Shown piece after piece: positions 25,690-38,789 of a DNA stretch of 64,000 bases. The first letter of the stretch is position 1; each line of letters begins with the position of its first letter. Below the pieces are notes generated by a model. It ran no database searches. It worked only from the letters and a program-made list of their open reading frames with translations, and had not been told where the DNA came from. Source of the DNA: Macrostomum hystrix (taxonomy: Eukaryota; Animalia; Platyhelminthes); the NCBI GenBank assembly GCA_950097015.1, contig CATNEN010000002.1:7564001-7628000 (forward strand). The letters are read 5' to 3'. The position numbers and the translations under genes were made by a program.

Positions 25690-28600
25690 GTCTGTCCTGA
25701 CTCAACTCAACCAGTCAGTCCTAGTCCAACTCAATCAGTCAGTCCTGACCCAACTCCAATCAGTCGGTCCTGACCCAACTCAATTAGTCAGTCCTGACCC
25801 AACTCAATCAGTCGGTCCTGACCCAACTCAATTAGTCAGTCCTGACCCAACTCAATCATGACCCAAATCAATCAGGACCCAACTCAATCATGACCCATAT
25901 CAATCAGGACCCAAATCAATCATGAGGCAGGACCCGAATCAATCATGACCCAAATCAATCAGGACCCAAACAATCAGGACCCAAATGAATCAGGACCCAA
26001 ACAATCATGACCCAAATCAATCAGGACCCAAACAATCAGGACCCAAATCAATCAGGACCCAAACAATCATGACCCAAATCAATCAGGACCCAAACAATCA
26101 GGACCCAAATCAATCAGGACCCAAATCAATCAGGACCCAAATCAATCAGGACCCAAAGCAATCAGGACCCAAAGCAATCAGGACCCAAAGCAATCAGGAC
26201 CCAAATCAATCAGGACCCTAATCAATCATGGTCCAAATCAATCAGGACCCAAATCAATCATGACCCAAATCAATCATGAGGCAGGACCCGAATCAATCAT
26301 GACCCAAATCAATCATAACCCAAATCAATCATGAGGCAGGACCGAAATCAATCATGACCCAAATCAATCAGGACCCAAATCAATCAGGACCCAAATCAAT
26401 CATGGCCCAAACCAATCAGGACCCAAATCAATCAGGACCCAAATCAATCATGACCCAAATCAATCAGGACCCAAATCAATCATGGCCCAAACCAATCAGG
26501 ACCCAAATCAATCAGGACCCAAATCAATCATGACCCAAATCAATCAGGACCCAAATCAATCAGGACCCAAATCAATCATGACCCAAATCAATCAGGACCC
26601 AAATCAATCATGGCCCAAACCAATCAGGACCCAAATCAATCAGGACCCAAATCAATCAGGACCCAAATCAATCAGGACCCAAATCAATCATGACCCAAGT
26701 CAATCAGGACCCAAATCAATCATGACCCAAATCAATCAGGACCCAAGTCAATCAGGACCCAAATCAATCAGGACCCAAATCAATCAGGACCCAAATCAAT
26801 CAGGACCCAAATCAATCAGGACCCAAATCAATCAGGACCCAAATCAATCAGGACCCAAATCAATCAGGACCCGAATCAATCATGACCCAAATCAATCATG
26901 AGGCAGGACCAAAATCAATCATGATCCAAATCAATCATGACCCAAATCAATCAGGACCCAAATCAATCATGGCCCAAATCAATCAGGACCCAAATCAATC
27001 AGGACCCAAATCAATCATGACCCAAATCAATCAGGACCCAAATCAATCAGGACCCAAATCAATCAGGACCCAAATCAATCAGGACCCAAATCAATCAGGA
27101 CCCAAATCAATCATGGGGCAGGACCCAAATCAATCATGACCCAAATCAATCAGGACCCAAATCAATCAGGACCCAAATCAATCAGGACCCAAATTAATCA
27201 TGACCCAAATCAATCATGAGGCAGGACCAAAATCAATCATGATCCAAATCAATCATGACCCAAATCAATCAGGACCAAAATCAATCATGATCCAAATCAA
27301 TCATGACCCAAATCAATCAGGACCCAACTCAATCAGGACCAAAATCAATCATGACCCAAATCAATCAGGACCCAAATCAATCAGGACCCAAATCAATCAT
27401 GGCCCAAACCAATCAGGACCCAAATCAATCATGACCCAAATCAATCATGAGGCAGGACCAAAATCAATCATGATCCAAATCAATCATGACCCAAATCAAT
27501 CAGGACCAAAATCAATCATGATCCAAATCAATCATGACCCAAATCAATCAGGACCCAAATCAATCAGGACCCAAATCAATCAGGACCCAAATCAATCAGG
27601 ACCCAAATCAATCAGGACCCAAACCAATCATGGCCCAAATCAATCATGACCCAAATCAATCAGGACCCAAATCAATCAGGACCCAAATCAATCAGGACCC
27701 AAATCAATCAGGACCCAAATCAATCATGACCCAAATCAATCATGAGGCAGGACCAAAATCAATCATGATCCAAATCAATCATGACCCAAATCAATCAGGA
27801 CCCAAATCAATCAGGACCCAAATCAATCAGGACCCAAATCAATCAGGACCCAAATCAATCAGGACCCAAATCAATCATGATCCAAATCAATCATGATCCA
27901 AACCAATCAGGACCCAAATCAATCAGGACCCAAATCAATCAGGACCCAAATCAATCAGGACCCAAATCAATCAGGACCCAAATCAATCAGGACCCAAATC
28001 AATCATGATCCAAATCAATCAGGACCCAAATCAATTAGGACCCAAATCAATCAGGACCCAAATCAATCAGGACCCAAATCAATCATGAGGCAGGACCCAA
28101 ATCAATCATGACCCAAATCAATCATGATCCAAATCAATCATGATCCAAATCAATCATGATCCAAATCAATCATGACCCAAATCAATCAGGACCCAAATCA
28201 ATCATGACCCAAATCAATCATGATCCAAATCAATCATGATCCAAATCAATCATGATCCAAATCAATCATGATCCAAATCAATCATGACCCAAATCAATCA
28301 GGACCCAAATCAATCATGACCCAAATCAATCATGATCCAAATCAATCATGATCCAAATCAATCATGATCCAAATCAATCATGATCCAAATCAATCATGAT
28401 CCAAATCAATCATGATCCAAATCAATCATGATCCAAATCAATCATGATCCAAATCAATCATGACCCAAATCAATCATGACCCAAATCAATCATGACCCAA
28501 ATCAATCATGATCCAAATCAATCATGATCCAAATCAATCATGACCCAAATCAATCATGACCCAAATCAATCATGATCCAAATCAATCAGGACCCAAATCA

Positions 28601-31600
28601 ATCATGACCCAAATCAATCATGATCCAAATCAATCATGACCCAAATCAATCAGGACCCAAATCAATCAGGATCCAAAGCAATCAGGACCCAAATCAATCA
28701 TGACCCAAATCAATCATGACCCAAATCAATCATGACCCAAATCAATCATGATCCAAATCAATCATGATCCAAATCAATCATGACCCAAATCAATCAGGAC
28801 CCAAATCAATCAGGACCCAAATCAATCATGACCCAAATCAATCAGGACCCAAATCAATCATGGCCCAAACCAATCAGGACCCAAATCAATCAGGACCCAA
28901 ATCAATCAGGACCCAAATCAATCAGGACCCAAATCAATCATGACCCAAGTCAATCAGGACCCAAATCAATCATGACCCAAATCAATCAGGACCCAAGTCA
29001 ATCAGGACCCAAATCAATCAGGACCCAAATCAATCAGGACCCAAATCAATCAGGACCCAAATCAATCAGGACCCAAATCAATCAGGACCCAAATCAATCA
29101 GGACCCAAATCAATCAGGACCCGAATCAATCATGACCCAAATCAATCATGAGGCAGGACCAAAATCAATCATGATCCAAATCAATCATGACCCAAATCAA
29201 TCAGGACCCAAATCAATCATGGCCCAAATCAATCAGGACCCAAATCAATCAGGACCCAAATCAATCATGACCCAAATCAATCAGGACCCAAATCAATCAG
29301 GACCCAAATCAATCAGGACCCAAATCAATCAGGACCCAAATCAATCAGGACCCAAATCAATCATGGGGCAGGACCCAAATCAATCATGACCCAAATCAAT
29401 CAGGACCCAAATCAATCAGGACCCAAATCAATCAGGACCCAAATTAATCATGACCCAAATCAATCATGAGGCAGGACCAAAATCAATCATGATCCAAATC
29501 AATCATGACCCAAATCAATCAGGACCAAAATCAATCATGATCCAAATCAATCATGACCCAAATCAATCAGGACCCAAATCAATCAGGACCAAAATCAATC
29601 ATGACCCAAATCAATCAGGACCCAAATCAATCAGGACCCAAATCAATCATGGCCCAAACCAATCAGGACCCAAATCAATCATGACCCAAATCAATCATGA
29701 GGCAGGACCAAAATCAATCATGATCCAAATCAATCATGACCCAAATCAATCAGGACCAAAATCAATCATGATCCAAATCAATCATGACCCAAATCAATCA
29801 GGACCCAAATCAATCAGGACCCAAATCAATCAGGACCCAAATCAATCAGGACCCAAATCAATCAGGACCCAAACCAATCATGGCCCAAATCAATCATGAC
29901 CCAAATCAATCAGGACCCAAATCAATCAGGACCCAAATCAATCAGGACCCAAATCAATCAGGACCCAAATCAATCATGACCCAAATCAATCATGAGGCAG
30001 GACCAAAATCAATCATGATCCAAATCAATCATGACCCAAATCAATCAGGACCCAAATCAATCAGGACCCAAATCAATCAGGACCCAAATCAATCAGGACC
30101 CAAATCAATCAGGACCCAAATCAATCATGATCCAAATCAATCATGATCCAAACCAATCAGGACCCAAATCAATCAGGACCCAAATCAATCAGGACCCAAA
30201 TCAATCAGGACCCAAATCAATCAGGACCCAAATCAATCAGGACCCAAATCAATCATGATCCAAATCAATCAGGACCCAAATCAATTAGGACCCAAATCAA
30301 TCAGGACCCAAATCAATCAGGACCCAAATCAATCATGAGGCAGGACCCAAATCAATCATGACCCAAATCAATCATGATCCAAATCAATCATGATCCAAAT
30401 CAATCATGATCCAAATCAATCATGACCCAAATCAATCAGGACCCAAATCAATCATGACCCAAATCAATCATGATCCAAATCAATCATGATCCAAATCAAT
30501 CATGATCCAAATCAATCATGATCCAAATCAATCAGGACCCAAATCAATCAGGACCCAAATCAATCATGACCCAAATCAATCATGATCCAAATCAATCATG
30601 ATCCAAATCAATCATGATCCAAATCAATCATGATCCAAATCAATCATGATCCAAATCAATCATGATCCAAATCAATCATGATCCAAATCAATCATGATCC
30701 AAATCAATCATGACCCAAATCAATCATGACGCAAATCAATCATGACCCAAATCAATCATGATCCAAATCAATCATGATCCAAATCAATCATGACCCAAAT
30801 CAATCATGACCCAAATCAATCATGATCCAAATCAATCAGGACCCAAATCAATCATGACCCAAATCAATCATGATCCAAATCAATCATGACCCAAATCAAT
30901 CAGGACCCAAATCAATCAGGATCCAAAGCAATCAGGACCCAAATCAATCATGACCCAAATCAATCATGACCCAAATCAATCATGACCCAAATCAATCATG
31001 ATCCAAATCAATCATGATCCAAATCAATCATGACCCAAATCAATCATGACCCAAATCAATCAGGACCCAAATCAATCATGACCCAAAACAATCATGACCC
31101 AAATCAATCATGAGGCAGGACCAAAATCAATCATGATCCAAATCAATCATGACCCAAATCAATCAGGACCCAAATCAATCAGGACCCAAATCAATCAGGA
31201 CCCAAATCAATCATGACCCAAATCAATCATGATCCAAATCAATCAGGACCCAAATCAATCAGGATCCAAAGCAATCAGGACCCAAATCAATCATGACCCA
31301 AATCAATCATGACCCAAATCAATCATGACCCAAATCAATCATGATCCAAATCAATCATGACCCTAAACAATCAGGACCCAAATCAATCATGACCCAAATC
31401 AATCATGACCCAAAACAATCATGATCCAAATCAATCATGATCCAAATCAATCATGACCCAAATCAATCATGATCCAAATCAATCAGGACCCAAATCAATC
31501 ATGACCCAAATCAATCATGATCCAAATCAATCATGACCCAAATCAATCAGGACCCAAATCAATCAGGATCCAAAGCAATCAGGACCCAAATCAATCAGGA

Positions 31601-31673
31601 CCCAAATCAATCAGGACCCAAATCAATCAGGACTCAAAGCAATCAGGACCCAAATCAATCAGGACCCAAATCA
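25690..31673. repeat. Satellite array 1: 24-bp leader units, then 16-bp units GACCCAAATCAATCA(G/T)
   Basis: 16-aa ORF periodicity equals 3 units; occasional 7-nt GAGGCAG inserts; 2250-bp internal duplication. Confidence 0.98.
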
Positions 31674-32077
31674 AAAGAAAAATCTAATTTAACCAAATAA
31701 ATCTCGTCCCAATTTAGTTCTGACCCTTCTACATCCTAACCTATTAAGCAGCAGAAAAGAAAAAACACTATTGTCTGTCACCAAGCAAACCGTCATTTTG
31801 TTCTTCCTTTTGCACTTCCGAGTTAATTAATTGCCTGAAGAACTTTAGAGAACTGCAAATCAAATTATTTGACGAGATGAAGTATTTGGAAGTAAATATA
31901 TAACACTAGGCTTTTTCAGGCTAGAAGCACTATAAATTATATATTCTGTAAACAAAATACTTTGTACACTCGTACAGGCTTTAAGTGCTTGTTGAGCACG
32001 TGTATCACCTTCTGATAAATTGGAAAGTCAATAATTGTCAAGACTTCTTGTAATTTCTGTGTCTGTAACCATGTAAC

Positions 32078-32190
32078 TGGGGGGTCGGTGGCAGAGAGGT
32101 TATCGCGTTTGACTCTCGCAACATGGTCCCTGAGTTCGATTCCACTGATTCGAAGTGCCACTGCCCGCAGCCCTCCTGCAATTATTATTA
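32078..32190 (+). mobile_element. SINE family A, internally deleted (head joined to tail)
   Basis: GGTGGCAGAGAGGTTATCGCG...GGTCCCTGAGTTCGATTCC directly followed by GTGCCACTGCCCGCAGCCCTCCTGCAATTATTA. Confidence 0.8.
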
Positions 32191-32808
32191 TGTAACTTGC
32201 TGCTTCTAATTTATTGTCCGCTATTTTCCGCTCATTCGATGAAACAAATTCCAGAATCGTTAAACATCGGCATCGTCGAGAATGTCAACAATTCTCGTCG
32301 GGTTTCTGGTGGCAAGAACCAACTATTTGTTAATAACTTTTCTGCTCAAAACGAATGAAAACAAAAAGCTGAAGAAATAACAAAGGCAAAAGACCATGAT
32401 TAGACTCATTTTGTGAGTCTTCGAAACATGCATTTCGCATTTCTTTTTCCAAATATAAAATGTACAATGGGATGGGAAGGTTTTTGCACATCTGTTGACT
32501 TTGTTGAGCACAAATGAGATGTGGCCAATGACAGTGAAGTATGTCACATAGAAATGTGTCAGCAACAGTGGCTGATTTGTGACATCCTTCAGTTGCTATT
32601 GGTACATCAGCATTTAAACCATTGATATGGAAGCGAGTGGGAAAGTGCAACTGGATGTCATGCATTTATGAACAAATGAAAATGTGATAATTAAAATACT
32701 CTACGTAAAAACTATGTACTGCACACTTTTGCCTAAAATCCAAAATTTCAAAAAAATAACTATCGAGTCCCCACTAAAACAGATTAAAACTAAATCTCAA
32801 TAGTTTAA

Positions 32809-35800
32809 GTTGCAATTAAGTTTGGCAGTCGTTAGCTTTCATTTGTGAGTAGTTGAGTACAATAAATAGATGTAAATGCTGTACGGTATATGTCATGGTG
32901 GATTTAAATTGTTGTCCCTAGTCCCTAACCCAATTTTGCCCATATTGTTCTCTTCCTCACACTCGCTCGGTCTCCTCATTTACACCTCCATGGCAATGGA
33001 TGGAAGGGGGGGGACGTCATCCGACAGTCACAATATGCGGCGGTACTGCGGCCCGTGAACCCCAAACACGGTGAAACACCCGCCGAAACACTCAGAGAGA
33101 TCGTTGAGAATGACACACGAGGGCGCATTGACAGCGTCTCTTCTGCGAGATTCGACGGAACTTTGCCCACCATCGCGCGCCACAGTGGGTGAAATGGGGG
33201 AAGAGGAGGGAGGGAGAGAACAACACCTGTAAATTATCTAGTCTATTGGCCCTAATCTGTAATCTGAAGCTAATCAATTTTGACCAATTTTGTACAGTTT
33301 TATACGCAAAGGGCGAAATCAACTAGCTATTCTATTCGCGAATGCATGCCAATGCAAAATCAGAAATGTATCGTAATTATAGGCTAAATATTCTATAGAA
33401 GTACAGTAAATTAAGCGTCCTGTATATACAAAATAGGTGCGTTTGATTCGTGTAAGATTTTGTTATAATTTCTAGAATTACTTCAAGTATTTGAGTTCTA
33501 GAATTCAAAACCTAGAAATCAATACAACTTTTTTTGGCTTTTTTGATAGTTTTTTAGTTTTTTGGATTTTAAAATGCTTTTAAAGTTTTTTTTGTTTTTT
33601 TCTAAATGATATATAAATGAAAGCTAATGACAGTCCTTTAAAATCCGATCTAAGCATTCCGTCAACACTGCACACTTTTTCTTGTTCTGTGTCCAATTCA
33701 CTAACTGGTTTCACTTCTTTCAAGCTATTCTACTTTCAGTAGGCAATAAATTTCATTGCTGCTAATAATTTTCAGTCAGACATCTGCTTTGGCTAGACAA
33801 GAACCGTTACGGCGTCCTAGAATGACCTCACTAAGTTACTAAATAAAAGTACTCACTGAACCAACTCACCAAAACTCGCCTTATGTTGCAATTAAGTTTG
33901 GCAGTCGTTAGCTTTCATTTGTGAGTAGTTGAGTACAATAAATAGATGTAAATGCTGTACGGTATATGTCATGGTGGATTTAAATTGTTGTCCCTAGTCC
34001 CTAACCCAATTTTGCCCATATTGTTCTCTTCCTCACACTCGCTCGGTCTCCTCATTTAAACCTCCATGGCAATGGATGGAAGGGGGGGGACGTCATCCGA
34101 CAGTCACAATATGCGGCGGTACTGCGGCCCGTGAACCCCAAACACGGTGAAACACCCGCCGAAACACTCAGAGAGATCGTTGAGAATGACACACGAGGGC
34201 GCATTGACAGCGTCTCTTCTGCGAGATTCGACGGAACTTTGCCCACCATCGCGCGCCACAGTGGGTGAAATGGGGGAAGAGGAGGGAGGGAGAGAACAAC
34301 ACCTGTAAATTATCTAGTCTATTGGCCCTAATCTGTAATCTGAAGCTAATCAATTTTGACCAATTTTGTACAGTTTTATACGCAAAGGGCGAAATCAACT
34401 AGCTATTCTATTCGCGAATGCATGCCAATGCAAAATCAGAAATGTATCGTAATTATAGGCTAAATATTCTATAGAAGTACAGTAAATTAAGCGTCCAGTA
34501 TATACAAAATAGGTGCGTTTGATTCGTGTAAGATTTTGTTATAATTTCTAGAATTACTTCAAGTATTTGAGTTCTAGAATTCAAAACCTAGAAATCAATA
34601 CAACTTTTTTTGGCTTTTTTGATAGTTTTTTAGTTTTTTGGATTTTAAAATGCTTTTAAAGTTTTTTTTGTTTTTTTCTAAATGATATATAAATGAAAGC
34701 TAATGACAGTCCTTTAAAATCCGATCTAAGCATTCCGTCAACACTGCACACTTTTTCTTGCTCTGTGTCCAATTCACTAACTGGTTTCACTTCTTTCAAG
34801 CTATTCTACTTTCAGTAGGCAATAAATTTCATTGCTGCTAATAATTTTCAGTCAGACATCTGCTTTGGCTAGACAAGAACCGTTACGGCGTCCTAGAATG
34901 ACCTCACTAAGTTACTAAATAAAAGTACTCACTGAACCAACTCACCAAAACTCGCCTTATGTTGCAATTAAGTTTGGCAGTCGTTAGCTTTCATTTGTGA
35001 GTAGTTGAGTACAATAAATAGATGTAAATGCTGTACGGTATATGTCATGGTGGATTTAAATTGTTGTCCCTAGTCCCTAACCCAATTTTGCCCATATTGT
35101 TCTCTTCCTCACACTCGCTCGGTCTCCTCATTTAAACCTCCATGGCAATGGATGGAAGGGGGGGGACGTCATCCGACAGTCACAATATGCGGCGGTACTG
35201 CGGCCCGTGAACCCCAAACACGGTGAAACACCCGCCGAAACACTCAGAGAGATCGTTGAGAATGACACACGAGGGCGCATTGACAGCGTCTCTTCTGCGA
35301 GATTCGACGGAACTTTGCCCACCATCGCGCGCCACAGTGGGTGAAATGGGGGAAGGGGAGGGAGGGAGAGAACAACACCTGTAAATTATCTAGTCTATTG
35401 GCCCTAATCTGTAATCTGAAGCTAATCAATTTTGACCAATTTTGTACAGTTTTATACGCAAAGGGCGAAATCAACTAGCTATTCTATTCGCGAATGCATG
35501 CCAATGCAAAATCAGAAATGTATCGTAATTATAGGCTAAATATTCTATAGAAGTACAGTAAATTAAGCGTCCAGTATATACAAAATAGGTGCGTTTGATT
35601 CGTGTAAGATTTTGTTATAATTTCTAGAATTACTTCAAGTATTTGAGTTCTAGAATTCAAAACCTAGAAATCAATACAACTTTTTTTGGCTTTTTTGATA
35701 GTTTTTTAGTTTTTTGGATTTTAAAATGCTTTTAAAGTTTTTTTTGTTTTTTTCTAAATGATATATAAATGAAAGCTAATGACAGTCCTTTAAAATCCGA

Positions 35801-36023
35801 TCTAAGCATTCCGTCAACACTGCACACTTTTTCTTGCTCTGTGTCCAATTCACTAACTGGTTTCACTTCTTTCAAGCTATTCTACTTTCAGTAGGCAATA
35901 AATTTCATTGCTGCTAATAATTTTCAGTCAGACATCTGCTTTGGCTAGACAAGAACCGTTACGGCGTCCTAGAATGACCTCACTAAGTTACTAAATAAAA
36001 GTACTCACTGAACCAACTCACCA
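32809..36023. repeat. Tandem triplication of a 1076-bp unit
   Basis: Units start at 32809, 33885, 34961; ORF offsets 32976/34052/35128; very few differences seen. Confidence 0.97.
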
Positions 36024-36030
36024 TCGAAGC

Positions 36031-37062
36031 CTAATCAAGGCGATCTTTCTCTCGAACGAAAAAATCCGGAGGAAGCACGAAAAATAAGGCGTTCTCCGCT
36101 TCAAGCTGCCTCTCCGCCAAGATCTCGGGCTCTTCGGAAATGGATTCCAGTCGGCAGCCAACCTCAGGCTTCGATCGGACTCTAAACCATACTCTAGGCT
36201 TTGCTGCTGCTCTTGCAAGCAACTCTTTGTCTGGTTGTTCATGAATGGATTTGAAGATGCAATCTGGCCCCGAGCAGACTGGCTTCGCACTGGACACTTC
36301 GCTCTTCGCGGCATCATCCGGTTCCTCCTTTAAAGACGCTAGCTTCCAAGCCTGTTGGCGTCCTCTTGCTCTGGCCTTCGCCCTGGGTCTCGCTTTCGAC
36401 CTGGCTAGCTTTGTTTTCAATTTTCTAATCTCGACGACAAGTGTTTGCTGGAGCCGTTTCGAATCCACAGTCTGCACTACGGGTCTGTAGTTGTACAGGT
36501 TTTCTGGAACCTGTCTGCATCGTAAAGCATCAATGTCTGGCTTCTCAGCGCGATCAGAAACTTTCAGCCGCTCAATTGGCGTCTTCGCTTCAGGCTCTTT
36601 GTTAGTCGCCAGCTCGTCTTCATCCTGCCAGACCATTGTGCTGATACCCGCCTGATCTTTTGGCAAGGTCAACTTCAGCTTCCAAAACACTCGGCGCGCT
36701 CTAGATGTTTCATCTGTCCCTGCTGTTGCGCTGGATCTCGCACTCGCCATCGCTATCTTCTTTATCTCCGCAGCAATCAATTCTTGGACCCTGGCAGTCG
36801 ACTGCTTCGCTTGCTCCGTGATGATACTTTCCGCATGCACACTGCGCATGTAAAGCTCCCTAATGGCACGCTCATTGGCTTCGTAATCCAATCGCTGCGG
36901 TCCCAACGGCACTTGTACTTCCATAGCTTTTGTCTTTCGTCGACTCCACCTTCTGGCCAGCGCGTTGATGATGCCTCGAAAGCAATTAGCCATCTTTGTT
37001 GCTAAATTTGTAGCTTGAGAATTGTTTGAGAATCCGATTAGAATGTGGGGGGGAGGGGCCAC
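36031..37062 (-). CDS. Orphan ORF, 343 aa from first start (probable start MANCF...), basic/charged, no recognised domain
   Basis: Long uninterrupted non-repetitive frame; GTGAGT donor 9 nt after the stop. Confidence 0.55.
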   Translation of the reverse strand: MAPPPHILIGFSNNSQATNLATKMANCFRGIINALARRWSRRKTKAMEVQVPLGPQRLDYEANERAIRELYMRSVHAESIITEQAKQSTARVQELIAAEIKKIAMASARSSATAGTDETSRARRVFWKLKLTLPKDQAGISTMVWQDEDELATNKEPEAKTPIERLKVSDRAEKPDIDALRCRQVPENLYNYRPVVQTVDSKRLQQTLVVEIRKLKTKLARSKARPRAKARARGRQQAWKLASLKEEPDDAAKSEVSSAKPVCSGPDCIFKSIHEQPDKELLARAAAKPRVWFRVRSKPEVGCRLESISEEPEILAERQLEAENALFFVLPPDFFVREKDRLD

Positions 37063-37653
37063 TTGGGCTGCGGCTCGGCCGCAGTTTTATTCGGACCCGC
37101 AACCCGTACGGCGGGGTTTTAGCCCTAGACAACTTTCTCTAGGGAGCTGCCTAAGACTTAGACTTTAAAAAAATCTAAGTTTTAGTGACAGCATGTATTT
37201 ACTAACAGTCAGCAAAATGAGAGTGAGAATCGTTCGTTCGTTGATGATGCTGTAGTGTCGGCATTTCTATTATTTCTACTTGAATGCATATATTTCTACT
37301 TGAAGTAACTTATTCGCGCACGTCAATATTAATGAATTATTATAATGTATGTTATAGGTTAGTTGTTAGTGCATGCGCGCCCCAGCAAGGCCTACGAACG
37401 CGGCCGGAACCCAGGCTTTGATGGGGGGCTGGGGCGGGCAGTTATGGTACATATAATTGATTATTGCGCTGTGAAGACCCCTTTATCTTCCTTTTCTTTT
37501 CCGTTTTGTATAGATACCGGGTAATATATATATATATATATACATAGCAATAGTTACCGGGACAGGTAACCGGTCCAACCAGCTAGTCGAAGAAAAACCC
37601 ACACTCAATCCCACGTCAGTCCTGACCCAACTCAATCAGTTGGGTCATTTTTA

Positions 37654-38777
37654 AACAACAACAACAACAACAACAAAATACGCAAGCCCCAAACGTCAGG
37701 GGGGCGGCGTCAAATGATGCGCCGCAGAGCCAGCGCGCGAACATGGTCCGCGCCGGAGGCAGTGTCGGGCGCCCTGGCGTCGCTCAGCAGGCAGTCGACG
37801 TAGCGGCGGGTCCGAGCCTGGCCGCGCCTGAACGGGCCCTGCAGGGTGAGCAGAAGGACGTCCTGGGCGGGCTGGCGGCAGTAGCTTTCGGCCCGAATGA
37901 CGTGGCCCGCTAGTCGAAGTCGTCGCTGGCGCAGGATGGTGGACGGGCGTTGCAGCTGAGCTCTCTCGTACAGAGCCTCCGTCCCGACGCTCTCGTCAGC
38001 TTGAAAGGCCGCACGGAGCAGCCCCGAGTGCGCCGAGTCCAGCTGCCGCTCCAGCGTAGCTGTCAGCGTCCACGACTCGGCGTTGTACAGCAGGACGGTC
38101 TCGATCACCGCCTGCCACAGCCGAGCCCTCTGGCGGTCAGGCAGCGCTGTGGACTGGAGGACGGCCCGGATCGAACGGTAGGCCGCCCATGCGAGTCCTC
38201 TGCGCCGCCGGATGTCGTCTTCCACGTTGGGCACCAGACCGCCGAGGTGAGTGAAGCGCTGGCAGCGTGCGAGCGAGATGATCTGCCCGTCTGCGCCGCG
38301 GCACGTCAGGTCCGCTGGGATGTCGGCCGGCACGGTCAGCACCTCGGTCTTAAGCGTGTTGATCACTAGGCCGACGCTTGATGCCACCTCAGCCAACCTG
38401 TCAATCTGGCGCTGGGCACCTTCGACAGTCGAGGACAGGAGGGCGAGGTCGTCGGCGTAGCCAAGCACACTGAGGCGCTTCTCATCGTGGCGGCGACCGA
38501 TGCGTCTGCGTAGCAGGAAGCCGTCTTCAGCCGAGGGGAGCGCAGTCCGAAGCACCCAGTCCAGGAGAAGCACGAAGAGGAACGGGGCCAGCGTGTCGCC
38601 CTGCGGCACTCCTGACGAGGTGGCAAACAGGTCGGACAGGCCGTCCGCCGTAACAACAGCAGCGCGCGTGTCGCGATACAGCGACATGACAGCGGCGACT
38701 AGCTGCTCTGGGACCCGGTAGGCACGAAGGACTAGTGGAAGCGCGGCCCTCGACACCGAGTCAAACGCCTTGCGGAA
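37654..38777 (-). mobile_element. 5'-truncated RTE-clade LINE (RT C-terminal half) with TSD
   Basis: Begins at DFRKAFDSV; GVPQGDTLAPFLF, GYADD, RRLRLAGHVIR; short 3' UTR plus (TTG)n tail; GTCATTTTTA repeated at 37644-37653 and 38778-38787. Confidence 0.92.
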
Positions 38778-38789
38778 GTCATTTTTAGC

